NCBI GenBank assembly: GCA_964016885.1
Contig: OZ024743.1
Coordinates: 124,682,001-124,746,000 of the forward strand
Length of the DNA stretch: 64,000 bases
Direction of reading: 5' to 3'
Origin: Eledone cirrhosa
Taxonomy: Eukaryota
In this document: positions 41,801-56,093 of the stretch, piece by piece
Position numbering within the stretch: the stretch's first letter is position 1
Layout: each line of letters opens with the position of its first letter
Position numbers and translations under genes: made by a program
Notes under the pieces: generated by a model
The model's database searches: none
Told to the model about the DNA's origin: nothing
What the model saw: only the letters and a program-made list of their open reading frames with translations

Positions 41801-44800
41801 CACAATATACCACCCATTCTGAAAATTGAACCTACAACCTTATGACTATGATGACAATGTTGTAACCAATAGGCCATTGTCCTCATTGTCGGATGCAAAA
41901 GAATTGTTTTTTAAACAAATATTAACCCTGTTGATACCAAACTACCTGAAATCACTCTGGAGTTATGATACAAAACTGCTCAATTTAAAATATTTACCAT
42001 TATATTAAAACCTACCATTGACATTTTATTTTAGAAATTTTTGGTAAGTAATGTTCGAATCCTCCCAATTTAGGCTATTTTCAAATTGATTGAAACACAG
42101 TACATTTCATTTGAAATACAGTAATGATAGAATTATAACATTAGAAAAAAATGAGATTTACAATATCTATGTAGACTCTCACCTGTTCATCGGAGGAATT
42201 ATTGTCAACAGAACAATTTGAGGTGGAAACCTGGTTATTTGTACCGGTAGAGCTCCTCCGAGTGGTCGAACGGGCCAACCTCTTCTTTTTGGTACTGTAG
42301 GCAAGATATGGAGACTCGGCATAGTTTGAGATGGATAGGGATTCGATGTAGTCTGATGCCCGGGACTCCAGGTAAAATGTAATTAGTCCATCAGCAACAA
42401 GATCATGTATGGTGTCGAACCGCTTCTCACCTACATAGTGCTGGCCATCATGGTAGAGTTTAAAATTTTTGGTCTGTCCATCAAATCTGTAAAGATATCC
42501 ATAAAACTATTAGTAAAATCTATAATAGCACAAAACATTATTTTCATTTAAATGGCAGAAATATTCACTGAAACAATTTAGTTTGGCAGCTGCTACTCTA
42601 AGTAAATTTAAACCTTTTTTTTTTTTAAATTAATTTTTTAGTCAGGAAGGTGTGTGTGCGGAAGAGGGGGGGGGCAGTGCTTATGAACATTTTCAACGTT
42701 TTCAAGATTGATGGGAGAGCAGGAAGAAATTATCCTCAAACCAGAAATCTGCCTGAATGCTTACAACAGAGTGAATTCTGCTAATGGCTTCCAAAGGTCA
42801 AGGTGGTGGTGTTAGACTGGGCAATGGATTCAGTCTACCACCCAAGTAGGCCATAGAGTCAGAGCAGATACTTGCAAGGCATTCCAACTGATACTCTAAC
42901 AATTTTGCAAGTCCATTGTCCTTTACTGGTACTTTATGAAAGACAAAGTTGATTTTGGTGAGATTTGAACTCAGAGCACAGAGAACCAGAACAAATACTG
43001 CAAGCCATTTTATCTGATATTCTAATGACTCTGCCAAATCACTATTCATTAATGCAACCTTATGTCTTTAAAATCAGAGTCTGATCATTTTCCCAACAGA
43101 GAAAAAATAGGGGAATTTCTTTGAGTAAAATCAATTCTTATTTTGTTATTTCAAACAAGAAACTAGAAAACTCTAAGCAGGGCTTCCAATAAGATAGTTT
43201 ACTATGTAAATGAAGTATACAGAAAAATGTGGTTTATCTCTAGCATGAATTATGTAATTAACAATTAATTCTATAATGTTATAACAAGGACAGCAATTTG
43301 GTGGATAGTCAATTATATTGACTCCAGTACTTAACTGGTACTTTATTTCATTGACCCAAAGTTGATCTCAGTGGGGTTTGAAATCAGGAAGTAGAAAGTT
43401 GTAACTAAATTCTGCAAAGCATTTTGTCCAACACTCTAACAACTCGGCTAATACACCACTCTATATCAAGTCAATAATAACATCAGACAAATAAGTCAAC
43501 TGAGTGAGGTCAAAGCCAAATATTGAATGAAATTAACATGGTTTCAGGTTCAATCCCATCTCATGGCACCTTGAACAAGTATCTTCTATTATGCTCCTCA
43601 TTAAAAATGAGTCCTGCAGCATAGCAGTTTCAGAAATGTTAGTGGTGTATACCATAGTTACAATAAGATGAGTGTTGGACTAAGGAAGGGCATCTGGTCG
43701 TGAAAAACCTACAAAAAGATCTCATCCATTCCATGCAAGCATGGAAAAATAGACAAGATGATGATGATGATGATGATGATGGTGATGGTGATGATTAAGA
43801 AAGCATAGTTAACCTAATTATATCCAAGGCTTCTACATGTCTCGTAAGAACATGGATCTGCACCTGCCAACTTTCTCTTCAAAATGCAGACCTGGACAAG
43901 GCTTTTTCTAGAATACCAGCAATTGTCCATCATGCTCATAAGTCACCTCATTTGATGCTACCAATGCTGTCTAAGGAAAAAGCAAAGCCTGATAATATAG
44001 CTTGTGATATGGCCTAAAGAGACACTTCAAGACATCACACCCAACAAGACTCTTACAATTATATCAGTCCATCACCCTCTACTAGTACTTTTTTTTATTT
44101 TTTATTTTTTTTATTGAAGCTAAAGGGATGAGAGGCTAAGTTGACTTTAGTAAGGCTTGAATCCAGTGTAGAGGGGTGAAACAAATACAGCAAAGTATTT
44201 AATCCAATGCTCTAATCACTGACAATTTTCCACCTAAAAATACACACACACATATATATATATATATACGTATGTGTATGTATATGTATATATATATATA
44301 TATATATATACATACATACATATAATAATTTGTTGATATTTTAGGTCAACAATCTATGTTGTGTTCCAGCTTAAGCACTCCACATTGTGGTTCTGTAAAT
44401 GGTATCTGACGAAGTATTTATAATAAGGGAAGAACAAAAAAACACATGCACATAAACATATATTCACACATGCTCACCTGCACATCATGAAACATAAAAA
44501 CAGAACAAATAGGAAATAAAATGGATTTGAAAAAATAAAAGCTTCTTCTTCCCTTACTATTTATTTATATATATATATATCAACAATGAGAGATTGAACT
44601 TTCAATTCATCATATTTTATTTGTAATTATATGTAAGAATATGATGCATTGAAACTTTGATGTCTTTTTGTTGATATATATATACTCTGCAACTTATGCC
44701 AACAGATAACAATATTAATCTCTACTTTTTACTTTCCTATTTAAATATATGTATATTATATATATACTATATATATATATTACATATTATATATATATAC

Positions 44801-47800
44801 TATATTACATATTATATATATATACTATATTACATATTATATATATACTATATATATATTTATTTATTATATACATATATATATATATATTATATATATT
44901 ATATCGACAGTCGATTGACATTCGTCAAATTGGACTGAGGAAAAAATGATTCCGTTGGTCTTTCCAATTGCTAATACTATGTATTGGTCGCAACTCCAGG
45001 TAGAAGGAGCAACGTGAAATAAAGTGTCTTGCCCAAGGACATAACGCATCGTCCGGTCCAGGAATCAAACTCACAACCTCATGATTGCGAATCCAATTCC
45101 CTAACCACTCAGCCACGTGCCTTCATATATTATATATATATATATTTATTATATATATTATATTGTGGAGTCATTTATGAAGAATCATATTTTATCTAAA
45201 TGTGCAATGATCAATTGTTAGAAGTGATTCTTACCTGATGGCCAGAGTGAAGGCCTCAGGTGCTCGGTCACTCTTACGTACAAGATAAGAACCATCCTTG
45301 TCATCAAGTAGTCGATCTGTATCTTCACGACTTATGTGTCCATGATACCTAAAATAGCAAAGATTTACTCATTAAAATTTCTTGGAAGACACTATTCTTA
45401 AACTCCAAGAAACTGTGACAAATAAATAAAACTTACATTACTACCACATATAATCAGAAATACTTTTCTTATATAACTTGTGAAACAGAATATAAAACCT
45501 AACTATAGAAACAGAAAACAAGCATGAGACCATGATGAGGGTTTTGCAATATTCTATTTTAGTTTATATGATCACATTTATCTCCCTTTATTCTAGCAGG
45601 GCTTAAGAGAGGAAATCTTAATTAACCAGCTATATTTACAGTATACCTAGCTTTTCGTTTTTCTGTTTGTTTTTAGGTCTGGCAGAAGGGGTATGCCCAA
45701 TTCTTTCACAGGCCCTCTGAGACAGGAGAGATTGATGGCGTTAATGTTCTACTTCAACTGTCACAAGTCAATTCCTTTTGGAAAGACATGAGCATGGAAG
45801 GAGTTCCAAAGAGCCAGCATTCTGAGCAGAAAGGACTGAGTGTAATTACTAGTGCTGAACCTGGAGGGTTGAGCATAATATGGATGAAAGAAGGAGATGA
45901 GTGAGTCAGCTGTGTCTGAATGAAGGTGACATGAAACCAGTACAATAAAACAGAGAATGCTGGTGTTTTCCTCCAGAAAACAAAGCATTGCCACAAGTGA
46001 TAACAAGACTGAGGCACTGGAACAGCCAAGTACCTTCATAAGCATCACACAACACATCTGTAAGACAAGATGCCAACAATAACAAATATTTTGTTGTCAG
46101 TGGCCCAGCTCCCCATAACATCTCCAGTGCCATAGGACCATGATTTACCAGTAGATTTTAAGATAGATATAAAAGGGGGAGGAGAGAGAGGAGGCAGACA
46201 GAGAGAGAAAGAGAGAGCAAGACAGAGAGTAACAAAAGAATGAATATTGAAATAAAAAACGTGAAATATTTTCATTTTGTGGCTAGAGTGGGGAATTTTT
46301 TAAGCTTCATCAATGGAATTCTAAAAATTCTCATTATGTTTTGAATGAAAGACAACCAAAATAGGATACAATGGAGAAACTTAACTATTTAATACAAACA
46401 ATATATCAAAAGTTAATTAGGACAAATATTTACAGAATAAAACTAGAGAAAAAATTTCATATTCTACTTACTCTTTCCCATAGAAATAGGGTTTGTTTGG
46501 AATCTGAAATTAAAATGAAGTAAAAAATGTGTTAATTTGTTTTGTTTTATATTATTAATACATTTTACTCAATTTTGTTGTATTGTTATATTCAAGTGAA
46601 TGGGTCACCTCCTATGGTTCTTTCTAAATCAGACAGATAAAAGTTGGTAGATAAGATTGATTTGGAAAATGTGACATTTTAAAAACTGAGTCGTACAACT
46701 GGTAAGTGTAAGATCAGTCGGCTGGAATTTGCAGATGTACTGAGATTTTAACTTAAATATGGACACTTTAGTACAGGTGGGTTGAAATTAAATGTATGTA
46801 ACAAATATAAACATTAGTCAACACAGCTGTTATACAATCACCCATAAACAATCTTATTAAAGGACGCATATTCGATGTCCAGCACTGCCAATACCAGTAA
46901 CACCAACCAATGGAGCCTCTACATAGTCATTTGACCTGCTAGAAACACCAACCAAATTACCTTCAAATTACATCCTACCACATTGAAAAAATTAACAAGA
47001 CAATAGCCAATGTAATCCTAGATATAAATCTACCCAAACAACCATAAATTATATTATGCCTTAAAAAATCATATTATATTATGCCTTAAGTATGAAAATA
47101 GGGAGCAAGGAGGGACAGTATAAAATATAATCCTTGTTTTGATAGTTTTAAGGCTTAGTCAAAGAGAAAAGTATAGCACCCATGAGAGAATAGTCAAAGA
47201 AATTATAGTACCTTTTTATAGCCCCTACTGACAGAAAGGGGGAAATTTAGTTTCAAACTGGAGACCTGGTTCAAATTCCTAAGAATCAGTGGACTCGTCT
47301 AAGGGTACCCCAAGGCCCAAGTGCTTCTATTAAACAATAGAATAAGTCTACCACCTAAAAGTAGGAATGCTCTTGCAGACATTCACACAGTTTCCATCAA
47401 CCAATTTTCACTTAGAGGTCTTCGCTTGACTCCAGACCAAAGACACTTGCCCAAAGTGCTGAGCAGTGAAATCAAACCACATAGTTATGAAGCAAACTTC
47501 TTAAGTGGACAGTGCTGAAAGGTGAAACCAGAAAAGTATTCTTTTCTTTTATTATAAAAGTGTATATGAACCCACATATAATATGTTTACACATAATAAA
47601 CATACATTTAGTATAGCTGTGAGTATTTTAAGATGAAATTATGTCACAGCTACCTCAGAACCAGGAAAATGAGCAGTGGTTGCATGTATTTTACTGTCAT
47701 TACAGTTTGTTAGCACTTTGTTACTTTTGCCCAGATGCTGAGATACAGATTACATCATCTTATCGATTTGTAAATAAATCATTATTGATGAAGGTTTATT

Positions 47801-50800
47801 TACATATACTGCAAGCATGGCCAGCTAGTATTATATAGCAATAAAACTAATACAGTGTGTCAAAAAAAACAAAAAAAACGGTGTCATTAGACTGTGACCA
47901 TGCTAGGACACCATTTATAAAAGCTTTTGTAATCATATTGACCCCATTACTTATTTTCTTCTAGTATGGTTCATATTTTATCGATCTCCATTTTTGAACT
48001 ACTATGGCTATGGTACATAAACAATGGAAGGGCATCCAGCTGTAGAAAACCAAGCCAAAAATAGAGCGTCAGAGTAAGATGTGGGCACCTGACATGTCTG
48101 GCCTCATAACATGACAACCCGTTTAATCCATGCAATTATGGAAAATAGATGATCAACAATAATGATGATATATATATATATACACCCAGTCCATCCTGTA
48201 AGGTGATTTTGCTGGTAACACAACAAAAAGCACCCAATTTACCATATAAGATGGTCATGCTAGTACCACAATGAAAATGCAGCCAGTCCATCCTGTTAGA
48301 TGGTCATGCTAATATCAACAAAAAAACACCTAATTCACCCTGTTAGGTGGTTGTGCTGGTACCACAATGAAAAAACACCCAGTCGTTATTGTCACAGTTT
48401 AATGTCCCTTTTTCTATGTTTGCATGGGTCAGATAGGTTGCCCACGTCAAGATACAAGTCTGGCCAGGATTGGCCAAGTCGTACCCTGCTCTGACGTGAC
48501 TGTAAGTTTGGCTGAGGCTTTTACAGCTGGATGCCCTTCCTAACACCAACCATATTTACAGTCCAGCCTGTTAAATAGTCGTGTTGGCACTACAACAAAA
48601 AAGCACCCAGTCCACTCTGTATTGTGGTTGATGTTAGGAAGGGCATTTAACCATAAAAAATAAGCCAAAAGCAAATCCATATGAGTAAGACATGGTCATC
48701 TGACCAAGCTTGTCACATAACATGAAAACCCATTTAACACATGCAAACATAGAACATAGATGTTAAAGATGATGATAATGATATTTATACATATGATGTA
48801 CTTCTGCACAATTTCTGTCTATCAAATTTCACTCACAAGCCATTCAACACAAGGTTATAGCAGAAGGAAGCTGCCCAACGTGTTATGCAGCGAGAGTGAA
48901 TGTGAAGTGACATGGGTGCAAAGCACAAGCCATGCCAGTACTTTATTATCCTGGACTGGTTTGTCATAGCCCAACTCAGTACTTTATACTATCCTTCCAG
49001 ACAGGGCAGGGGGTCACGTCTCACTTACATATACTCTGGCTTTGGCGTGGTTTTTAGAACTGGATACCATTTAGTAACAACTTTACAGAGTGTATTGGAT
49101 GCATTTTATCATGGCACTAGCACTAGGGAGATTGTCATTTCCTTGACACAACTAAAGATTCTTCTTGACTCTCTGTTTCACATGTTTTCTACAGCTGGAT
49201 GTAATAACTAACACCTGATCTACCCCTTCAAATTGTCTCCCCTTGAGGTGTGCACCACATGTTCAGAATCATATTTGGGGGCCCAGAAGGAATTAATAAA
49301 AGTAAATAAAACCCAAGCTAGACATTAGTGTTTGTCCATGAAATAAAAGTCTTCCAACTCCTCACAACATATCAAATTAAGTAAGTAAACTAAAAAGGTG
49401 TCTATAAATGGGAAAACTTAAACACTTTTGCTTCACAGGTAGGTTTTGCTTTTGTTTATTTTTTGTTGTTGTTTTTTTTCTATTTCTTTCCTTACTTTCC
49501 CTCTCCAAGACTGCTGAAGAAAAATGTTATTTCTTAATACCTTCATAACTCAGATAACACCGTTGAACAAACCAAAGCAATATTAGCTAAAATCAATTTA
49601 ATCTGTAACTAAGATTAGAGTAGCTCTGTAGTTTTCAGATGTGGAATTGATATGATCAATAGTTTGAGTTTCAGACTCTTATCCTTTTCACCTTTCTTTT
49701 TTTTTTTCTTTTCTTTTCTTCCTTCCCCATCCAACCCTCTCTCCACCCCAGCCATTTTTGCTATCATTATGTGCTTCAACCATCTTTCAGTGCCATATTC
49801 AGTCAGTATCTTTACAAAATGTTTGGAAAATGCAACCATAGTATTGTTGCTAAAGGAAACGGATGGGAATAAGAAATAAAATGAAAAATTCACTTCTTAT
49901 AGAGTTTAAACTCTCCAGAGTTTTTTTGCTGGAAAAATGTGAAATAAATTGAAGGCTATTAAGAGGTGAAGGAGTAGAGAATCTTTTTTCCTTCATTATT
50001 ACTGTTATTAAGGGCGGTGGATTGGCCGTATCGGTAGAGAGTCGGACGCCATGCTTTGCAGCAAAGAGTTACGGTCCTTTATGATCTGAGTTCAAATCCC
50101 GTCGAGGTTAACTTTGCCTTTCATCCTCACGGGGTCAATAAAATAAAGTACCAGTTATGCACTGGAGTCGATTTAATCGACTTTCCCCTCCCCCAAATCA
50201 CTGGCCTTGTGCCTATATAAGAAACCAATATTATTTAACTATATAAATATTAAAGCAAGAATATGATAAAGCAGTATGGATCAAATACATTTATAAAATT
50301 CACACCATGGCATAGAAAAGAGCTAGAACTTCATATAAAGCATTGTTCTGCGGTTTTCTAAATAAATTAGAAATAAGAATACTACTGTTAGTTTTTATTG
50401 TTGATTTAGAGAACATAAAATTAACCTTATGCCTGAGGGTAGGGGGCGTATCAGAACCCAAATTTGCGTTTTTTTTTGTTTGTTTATTTTTTTTTTTTTG
50501 CATAACTTTTGAAAGCAAGCAGATTTTTCTCTGAAATTTAGTGACTTTTCTTAAAATTTATCCTATTAAATGCTCACAACTGATTTCGAAAAAAGTAAAA
50601 GATTTTTTTTTTTCTGAAATTTGGTGATTTTTCCAAAATTTATCCTATTAAATGCTCACAGAACAGATTTTGAAAAAATTTCCTCATTGTCATCGAAATG
50701 GCATGAGTTGAACAGGTGGTATCAAATGATATTTCTTTTATTTTTATTGTTACAGAATTTTATTATAGTCTTTATAATTTTTTTTTTTTAAAATTATTTA

Positions 50801-53800
50801 TTTACAATAGTTTATAACTTTGCCTATTAATCCGTATGGTGAGCAAATGGGGTCCCACGTGCTGGCCTCCCCACAGCCCCGGTGGACAGGATGGAGAAGG
50901 CGTTTCCCCAGAGGATGGTAAGGGAGATGCGCTGGAAGAGCCATTCCAACTTGCGAGGCTCACACCAACGGCTGGCTAGCTCAGTGCCTATGGTGGTGAG
51001 TAGGGAGGTAGCCCTAGGGCCAAGGACACCACCGCGAACCTGTCAGAGGGCGACCGGTACTTGGAGAGTTTGGCCTCCTCAGCCCCACATGCAGCAGTAC
51101 CTGGGTTAGTCGCAGACTGCACCAGGTTGCGGCTGGAGAAAGTGTCGCTGCAAGTGGCATCCCAGATGAGGGGTTTGCCACTGCGGAACGGGAAGATGGT
51201 CATACCATCTGGCCTTTTGCCATCTCCTCGGTCCAGCCCCACTGGCTCGAGCTGGGAGGGGAAGCCTGCAGCGTCCAAGCCATGCTTAATCACCTCGTTG
51301 AGGGCAGCATGGCGTGGAAGGCGGCTGGCACTGTGGCGACAGGAAAGCAGGGAGTCCGAAAGAGTCCACAGTGGATCCACAGCGATATTTATATGGCTCG
51401 CAGATCCGGAGTCCAAGCCTCAAGGAAACCCTGATGCACAGGCTATTGTTATCTAGCTGCGTGCCAGTGGAAAGGAGGGCAAGGCATGGAGCCAGGCACC
51501 ACTGTGGGGTTTGGAGGCCACGCGAAAACAGGCAAGGCAGTGCTGGTCGAGCTGGCGCGTGAGCCTGTCTGAGGCCAGGTTGCACTGGATGGCATTCCGT
51601 ACACTCTGGGGAGACTTGACATCAGCAGGGGGAGGAGGAGGGACGTCTACCGGGCTAAGTCCCAGCCTGTCTCACGTCTCACAGGCGACCTCATGCTCCC
51701 TGAACACAGAAGGTTCTATTGTTTTGGAGAACCCTGCTGACGAGGACGCTGCTTGAGGTTACTGATGAAAGAAACGCTGGCAAAGCCAGCGAGATCGGAG
51801 GCCAAAGCCGCCATATCTGACAGGTAAAGTGGCCTGTTGCCATCCAATGACATGGTGGTGGAATGAGAAAGTAGAAAGAGCCATTAAAATAAAAAGACAA
51901 GCTTGGAGAAAATGGAGGAGACAGAAAGCAATACCAGAGTATATCTAGTGAGGGGAGAGGCAGAAAAGAAGTTTGCACATGTTCTGCGCTGTGAAGATCA
52001 GAGACATGAAGTTTTCAGGATTGTGAGACATACTATGAGAGGTTGCTGAATAGGACAGTGAGGGCCTACCCCATGCAGACCCTACTAAGGGACAAGCCAT
52101 AAAAGTTAACAGCAGCTTGAATAAACAATTAAGGAGATGAAGGTAGGGAAAGCAGCTGGTTCATTCGGTATAATCACTGAGATGCTAAAAGTATCTGGCA
52201 TGGTAGGATATGAGCTAGTCAGATACATAGTTCATCAAGTAGTACAGAATGGTGTCATACCCAACGTACAGCAGTGTCATTGTAAATTGCTACAAGAGCA
52301 AAAGGGATGTACTAGAGCACAGGTTCTCAACCCATTTAGGCCAAACGCCCCCTTTTGTCCCTCGAAATCACGAAACGTTATGGTTGAGTCAATAATTTCA
52401 GACATTAAATACATTGTTATTGGTGAAGGAAAGACAAGATTCTAACTGGTTACACTCGATCTGTCCTTGACCCAGTTGATTGTGGGTTTTTCCATTGTTA
52501 GGATCTCAATTGCCGGTTAAGGTCTAGACACGCCTGCTCACCTGCTCACAGCTGGAGTTGGACCATAGTTATGCTGTCTGCATGCTCATTCAAATGCATT
52601 CACACTGGCTGTCTCAAAGACATACAAATATGGCTTATAAAACTTACCAAAGTAAAAAGCCTTACAGTGCCTCTCAAAGCTCCAAACGCCCCCATACTCC
52701 CCTTTGCTCCCAAACGCCCCCTGGAATTCTGAAACGCCCCCTCCCCCGGGTGCATATGCCCCCCCCCCCCTTTGAGAACCTTTGTACTAGAGCAAGGTAA
52801 CTATAGAGGCATCAAACTGATGGACCAAGTCATGAAAGTTACTGAAAGGGTTATAACACAGCTAATTAGAGACAGAATTAGATGCAGTTCGGATTTATGC
52901 CAGGTAGGGATACGATTGATGCCCTCGTTCTGGTGAGACAACTACAGGAGAGGTATTTAGCTAAGAATAAGCCACTGTATCTATTCTGGAGAAGGCCTTT
53001 AACAGGGTCCCATGCTTTATAATCTGGTGGGCACATAGAAAGTTAGGTATAGACGAATGGCTTGTGAGGGCTGTGCAGGGCATGTATAGAGGAGCAGCCA
53101 GCAGAGTGAGAGTTGGCAATGAGTACAGTGATGAATTTAAGTGCAGGTGGGGGGGGGGGGTCTACCAGTGATCAATCCTCAGTCTACTCCTGTTTATTAT
53201 TGTGCCATCACTGAGGAGTTTAAAACTGGCACTCCATGGGAGCACCTATATGCTGACAACCTAGTCCTAATAGTTGAATTCATAGAAGAGTTAGAAGCAA
53301 AATTTCAAGCATGGAAGAACCTAGAACTGAGAGGCCTAAAAGTAAATTCAGCAAAGATGAAAGTTTTGATAAGTAGAAAAGTAGTCAGGAAGGAGATACC
53401 GTCAGGAAATTGACCTTGTTCAATATGTCAGAAAGGGGTGGGCAAAAATTCAATAAGGTGCACACAATTGAAATTATGGATGCACAAGAGATGTAGTGGG
53501 ATTGCAGGTAGGCTAACAGAAAAGATAGACTTTATATGTGGCAGATGCACAGGGGAAATAAGCACAAAGGGCAGACAAGAAATAGACTCCGTCAGCTGCC
53601 AGAGGGACTCCGTAATAGTTGTTGACAACTTTTGCTACCTAGGTGATCAAATTAGTAGTGGGGGAGGATGTGCTGAAAGTGTGATAGTTTGGATAAGAAC
53701 AGGCTGGAAGAAGTTTAGAGATCTATTACCACTACTAGAAACAAAATGCTTTTCTTTCAGAGTGAAGGGTAGACTGTATGACTGCTATGCTACATGGCAG

Positions 53801-54713
53801 TGAAACTGACTGCAGAAGACCTGCGGAGGCTATAAAGAAATGAGTCGAGTATGCTCCAATGGATGTGTAATGTTAGTGTGTATGAGTTATATAGCATAAA
53901 CAAACTGAGGGAAAAACTTGGCTTAAGAAGAATTGGATGTAGCATGCAAGAGAGAAGACTGTTGGTATGAGCATGTAATGCAGAGAAACCCCAGAGGCTG
54001 GGACCTGTTGAAGAGGTAGACCCAGGAAGACACAGGATGAAGAAAGTGACAACAGAAATGACTAAAGACTGCGGGGAATAGCATTCTGCAGTGCTGAGGA
54101 AAGACCCAACCTACAGTATACAATGTGGCCTGATACCCCCATGCCCCTGCCTCCACTAGCCCTTCCTGATAGTTATCCTCGACAACACTACTTCAGCCCC
54201 ACCGCGCATGCCCCCCACCTCTAGTGAAGGGCATTCAGCCATGGAGGCTAAACAAACAAAGGGCTAGGAGAACCATTTGGTTGTGTCAAGGACATGACAG
54301 CCTCGCTATTGCTGGTGGTCTACACGATAAATTCACCCAGTACACACTGTAAAGTGGTTGGTGATAGGAAGGGCATCCAGTCGTAGAGGAGGACCCTTCA
54401 GCCATGTCAAGCACATGACAGCCTCCTTAGTGTTTGGTGATCTATATGATAAACACATCCAGTACATGCTGTAAACTGGTTGGTGATAGGAAGGTCAACA
54501 AGCCGTAGAAATCTTGCCAAACAAAATGGTTGGGAGAATCTACAGTTGGGTCAAAGACATGACAATCTTTCCTGTGCACTCTGTGGAGCATCGACCATAC
54601 AAGAAGCAAGATACAGATCCCTGGCCAGCCCAGGAGATCAGTGGCTCTGCTTCAGTACTGACTTGGTCTTGCTAGCAGGGAAAACAGATGTTAAAATGAC
54701 TATGATGATGATG

Positions 54714-54763
<50 letters not shown>

Positions 54764-56053
54764 AAAGTTCTATTTAAAGTTGTTGGGATACAACAAGTAA
54801 ATATTTTTATAACTGATATAAAGCACTCGACAAGTTTTTGGAGTAGATATACGATATTAATAAATGGAAACTCATCATCATCAATGTTTAACGTCCGTGT
54901 TCCCCGCTTGCATGGGTTTGGACGGGGGTTTTCCCACTTGAGGCAAGAGTGATTGTCTTGCTCGCATAGGACTGTCTGGCAGGTTTTCTACAGTTGGATG
55001 CCCTTCCTAACACCAACCACATTTACAGTGTGGGTCTGGGAGGTTTTTACCGTGTTGCCTACACGGCCACATTACAGCGTGGACTGTGTGTTTTTTTGTC
55101 GTGACACCTACACGATCTCATGTTTCGGCCTGGATGGTGTGGCACCAACATAACTTTACATAGAAGGGGGCGGTGTGGATGGGGTGGGGGTGTATTTTGT
55201 TAGAGATGCCTACTGACTGTAGTAGGTTTTACTGAGTACCGCCAAAGGTCTCGGTCCAGTGACATTGTCTTGGAGAGGTGTAAGTGTGTGAGGTCGGAGT
55301 TTATCAGCTCGTCCCAGGTTTTTCTAGGTCTGCCTATTCCGTGGCTACCGTCTATTTTTATTGCCCTGCACTTTGTTATACAGCTATCGACTTTCATGCG
55401 CATCACGTGTCCATACCAACGTAGCCTTCTCTCGAGTAAACAACATCTGATCCCTCTTATTTCTAATTTTTTCCTTAGTTCGTTTATGCTTTGCCGTTCA
55501 CGTATATTACTATTACACATCCAGCGTATATCCTCTGCACACAATGCCCAGGTCTCACTGCCATGCAACATTGCTGTTCGTATGCAGGCATCATACAACC
55601 TGCCTTTCGTTTTTAGGGAGAACCCTTTAGCGGCTAATAGTGGTATAAGCTCTCTAAACTTTTTCCATCCAGTTCTGACTCTAGCTACTGTACTTTCAGA
55701 GCACCCTCCCCACCGCTGATTTTGTCACCCAGGTAACGGAAGCTGTCCACTATTTCTATAGAGCCCTCTGCGCAGTTGAAAGAGCTAGTATTTTGTGGGC
55801 ACTTGCTGCTACTATATTTATAAAACCATATCTATTTCATTATACATATTTCAGGGATACCACATTGGAGGCTGTCTCCAGACAGCCTCCAAATGTAATG
55901 GTTGCATTTTAAAAGGGTACGTCAAAGCTATTTGTAAAACTGTTATATATTGTATTTTGTCTGATGAAGGCATACCATAATTTAATGTGGTATCTCTAAA
56001 ATATGTATAATGAAATAGATATGGTTTTATAAATATAGTTTCCATTTATTAAT

Positions 56054-56093
<40 letters not shown>

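Noticed and set aside
50988-51416. Host nuclease gene
   Set aside because: It is the frameshifted RLE domain of a non-LTR retrotransposon with an A-rich tail.
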